Assembly: GCA_009859145.1 (NCBI GenBank)
Contig: VRVR01000004.1
Location: 400,934 to 464,933, forward strand
Reading direction: 5' to 3'
From: Andalucia godoyi And28
Taxonomy: Eukaryota > Protista > Jakobida
Length of the DNA stretch: 64,000 nucleotides
Shown: positions 61,596 to 64,000 of the stretch, piece by piece
Position numbering within the stretch: position 1 is the first letter of the stretch
How the letters are laid out: each line of letters starts with the position of its first letter
Program-made: the position numbers and the translations under genes
The notes under the pieces: model-generated
What the model was told of the DNA's origin: nothing
Database searches by the model: none
The model's input: the letters and a program-made list of their open reading frames with translations, nothing else

Positions 61596-63569
61596 ATGAG
61601 CGAAGGCAAGGGCGTGGAACCCGGAGCGGGAGGGTCGATGTCGGCTAACAACCTGATTGTCAAGGACGGAGTGGCCGGCGGCGCTGTCGGGTCGAAGGCT
61701 TCGTGCTCGAACATTCTGTTCAAGTTCTTTGTGTACATATTTGTGTGTTTTCAGAACCTTATGACGTCCGGGACGGTTTTCGGATGGACGCCGCTTGCAA
61801 CGATGCTTCGCAACGACAATGTATTTTCTTCGGACTGCACCAAGGGACAGACCGAGTGCAGTTCTCAAGAGCTTCAGCTTTCTGTAATGTATACTGTCGG
61901 CTCATGGGGCTTTGCAATCGGCGGGTTTTGCTTTGGGATCATCCATGACCGGGTTGGACCGAAGTTGAGTAATGTGCTCGTGTCATTCTTTGCGGTGCTT
62001 GGATCCATTCTTGTGCTCATTGCAAGCAAGTATGCCATCGACGGTCTCTTCACTCCTGGATTTGCAGTGTATTGCTTTGGCTGCGGCGGGATGTTCTACA
62101 CGCAGTTTTCGTTTACAAAGTTGTTTCCTGGCAACGAGCCCACCGCAATTTCCATTCTTTCGGCGACTGTTGATCTGTCGTCGCTTGTATTTGCCGTGTA
62201 TTTTGTCGTGTACGACGCAGGGTCAATTACAGTGTCTGGAATCTTTACTGCCCAAGCGGTCATCATCAGTATTTTCGGCGTTGCCGCCTTTGTTGCAATC
62301 CATCCGTGGGACCAGTGGGAGGTTGGCGAGTCGGGATTTCAGTGGATTTGGCTTCCCAGAAAGAAGCCCGTCGTTCACGAGCATCATCATGCCCCATCGC
62401 CGGCGTCCTCCGTGAATCAAACTAGTGCTGCCGAAGGCCTTCCTTCCGGTGCTGGTATGCAACCATCATCGGCTTTGCAGTCGACGGATGGGCATGCATT
62501 GAACGGTGCTGCGGATGCTCCTGAGTCGCCGTCTGTTGTTTCCGACATCGTGGTGGAAGAACGACGGTCTTTGGATCTGGTCCGTCCAACAGCGTCGGAA
62601 GCACATGAAGCGCCAGTTTTGGATGGACAGGATCGCGCCGAAGCGCATGGACCGGTTTCTGATTATGCAGAAGCGATTGTGCCATCGATGGACAGTCCGA
62701 CCGTGGCAGAGAGACAGACAACGGAGGCGGTCGAGGCAAGCTCTTCGGATGGGAGCCCAGCGGAGGCAGATACGGAACCAGCGCACGCGTCGGCAGTGTC
62801 CGTCGATTCGACGACTGCAGTTGCGGTGGCTGATGCGCATCCAGGCTCCGTTGCTGTCGACGTGAGCGGCGACGATTCGGGCTGTGGGGCGGCAGCGGAG
62901 AAGGAAACTGACACAGAAAGTGAGCCGGAGATTTCTTCCCTCAGGTTATTCATCGAGGTCGTGACGTCGCGACCCTACATTCTCGCATTAGTGTTCCTGT
63001 GCGCTGTGTGGATCCGACTCTCGTTTTTCCTGTCCACTGCCCGTGCGTTTTTGCTGTCTGTTTCCAGCAACGAAGGCCAGGTGAATACCGCCCTGACAGC
63101 ACTAGGCTGGATCATCCCTGCAGGAGCACTCTCGTCCCCGCTGATCGGCATGTTTCTTCAAAAGTATGGAACCCGATGGTCACTTGTGGCCGTCACAGCA
63201 TTGTGTTCCTTATTCACTCTGTTCGTGTGCATTCCCAACCTTGGGTTGCAGTATGCCAGTTTTGTCTTGTGGTCCATTACCCGGACTTGGCTTTTTTCCA
63301 CGTATTATTCTTTTGTTGGTGTCAATTTTAGCCCGCTTGTTTCGAGTCGAGCGGCATCACTTGGCAGTTTGATCATGAGCACGTTCGGCTTGCTGCAGCT
63401 TGTGCTTGTCGTTATCTCTGGTACTACCGTATCTTTCCTTGGAGTCTACCTCATTCTCATCAGTGGCTTGGTCGTTCAGCTGTACGTCACCATCGCCTTG
63501 TGGAGTCCAGTGTTTCCAAGCCACAGCCTATCTCCCGTTCGTCCCGCTGAACCGCTTCCTCACCCGTAG
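61596..63569 (+). CDS. MFS transporter, SLC43/LAT3/Fmp42-like
   Basis: LMTSGTVFGWTPLATMLRNDNVFSSDC, GIIHDRVGPK; two six-TM halves separated by a long acidic loop. Confidence 0.87.
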   Translation: MSEGKGVEPGAGGSMSANNLIVKDGVAGGAVGSKASCSNILFKFFVYIFVCFQNLMTSGTVFGWTPLATMLRNDNVFSSDCTKGQTECSSQELQLSVMYTVGSWGFAIGGFCFGIIHDRVGPKLSNVLVSFFAVLGSILVLIASKYAIDGLFTPGFAVYCFGCGGMFYTQFSFTKLFPGNEPTAISILSATVDLSSLVFAVYFVVYDAGSITVSGIFTAQAVIISIFGVAAFVAIHPWDQWEVGESGFQWIWLPRKKPVVHEHHHAPSPASSVNQTSAAEGLPSGAGMQPSSALQSTDGHALNGAADAPESPSVVSDIVVEERRSLDLVRPTASEAHEAPVLDGQDRAEAHGPVSDYAEAIVPSMDSPTVAERQTTEAVEASSSDGSPAEADTEPAHASAVSVDSTTAVAVADAHPGSVAVDVSGDDSGCGAAAEKETDTESEPEISSLRLFIEVVTSRPYILALVFLCAVWIRLSFFLSTARAFLLSVSSNEGQVNTALTALGWIIPAGALSSPLIGMFLQKYGTRWSLVAVTALCSLFTLFVCIPNLGLQYASFVLWSITRTWLFSTYYSFVGVNFSPLVSSRAASLGSLIMSTFGLLQLVLVVISGTTVSFLGVYLILISGLVVQLYVTIALWSPVFPSHSLSPVRPAEPLPHP

Positions 63570-63847
63570 CCATAGCGTGTCCAAATGATATTTTTTATTT
63601 ATTTTATTATTTTTTTAAAAAAATAATAATAATTAATTAATTAAAATACATGAAATGGATAAACAAATGAGAACTACCTTTTTTTTTTGTTTTGTTTCGT
63701 GTGGGTTCCTGCCCTCTTTCAAATCAAACTCTTTGATTGCATCCGCGTTTATGTCTCGGACGCATGCGTTGCTGTCTTCCACCATCGTCATCATTGCTCT
63801 TCTTTCTTTCTCTTTTTACCTTGATTTCCCTTCTCCTGCGCGCGACG

Positions 63848-64000
63848 TCAATGGTTGAATCTGGTGGTGGTAAACTCGCCAAAAACTACCATTTTCCTGC
63901 TTCCCGTCGCATCGATGAGGCGCTCCGAAACTGCCTGGTCGGACGGAGAACTGTTTGACGCGGAGTCGGAGCTTTCGTGATGGACATTGCGATTTCCGTA
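63848..64000 (-). CDS. Probable 3' end of a minus-strand gene continuing outside the window
   Basis: Open frame from the window edge (YGNRNVHHESSDSAS...FTTTRFNH) to TGA at 63850-63848, followed by AT-rich spacer converging on the MFS gene. Confidence 0.4.
   Translation of the reverse strand, partial: YGNRNVHHESSDSASNSSPSDQAVSERLIDATGSRKMVVFGEFTTTRFNH

Overview
Gene-dense, very intron-poor eukaryotic nuclear DNA: about 33 protein genes, only two spliceosomal introns that I can support (ICMT, MED25), short AT-rich intergenic spacers and long CA/GA/GT microsatellites. The 5S rRNA sequence and gene content suggest a free-living flagellate protist, tentatively a discoban such as a jakobid (inference only). 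Recognisable genes: histidine acid phosphatase, MAPEG protein, DA2/GW2/Sip5-type RING ligase, ICMT, SUV3, MED25, LZIC, RNase H1, LisH-RasGEF, CENP-T, Ypi1/PPP1R11, zf-UBP-sirtuin, BBS-type chaperonin, CAP-D3, SLC43-type MFS transporter. Several bacterial-type genes are also present (lysine/saccharopine dehydrogenase, tocopherol-cyclase-like, yellow/MRJP, CE2 esterase, Spx/ArsC-like, DUF4397-like). Best leads: (1) a kinase with a possible MLKL-like N-terminal helical bundle and a DFE motif; (2) an 896-bp TIR element with a TA duplication whose empty site is preserved in an inverted paralogous repeat 20 kb away; (3) a recurring E2F-type TTTGGCGGGA motif upstream of chromosome-cycle genes; (4) an Spx/ArsC-like protein with an NLS-like extension; (5) a solo 5S gene and several candidate structured RNAs. 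All homology calls are by-eye motif recognition; no searches were run.
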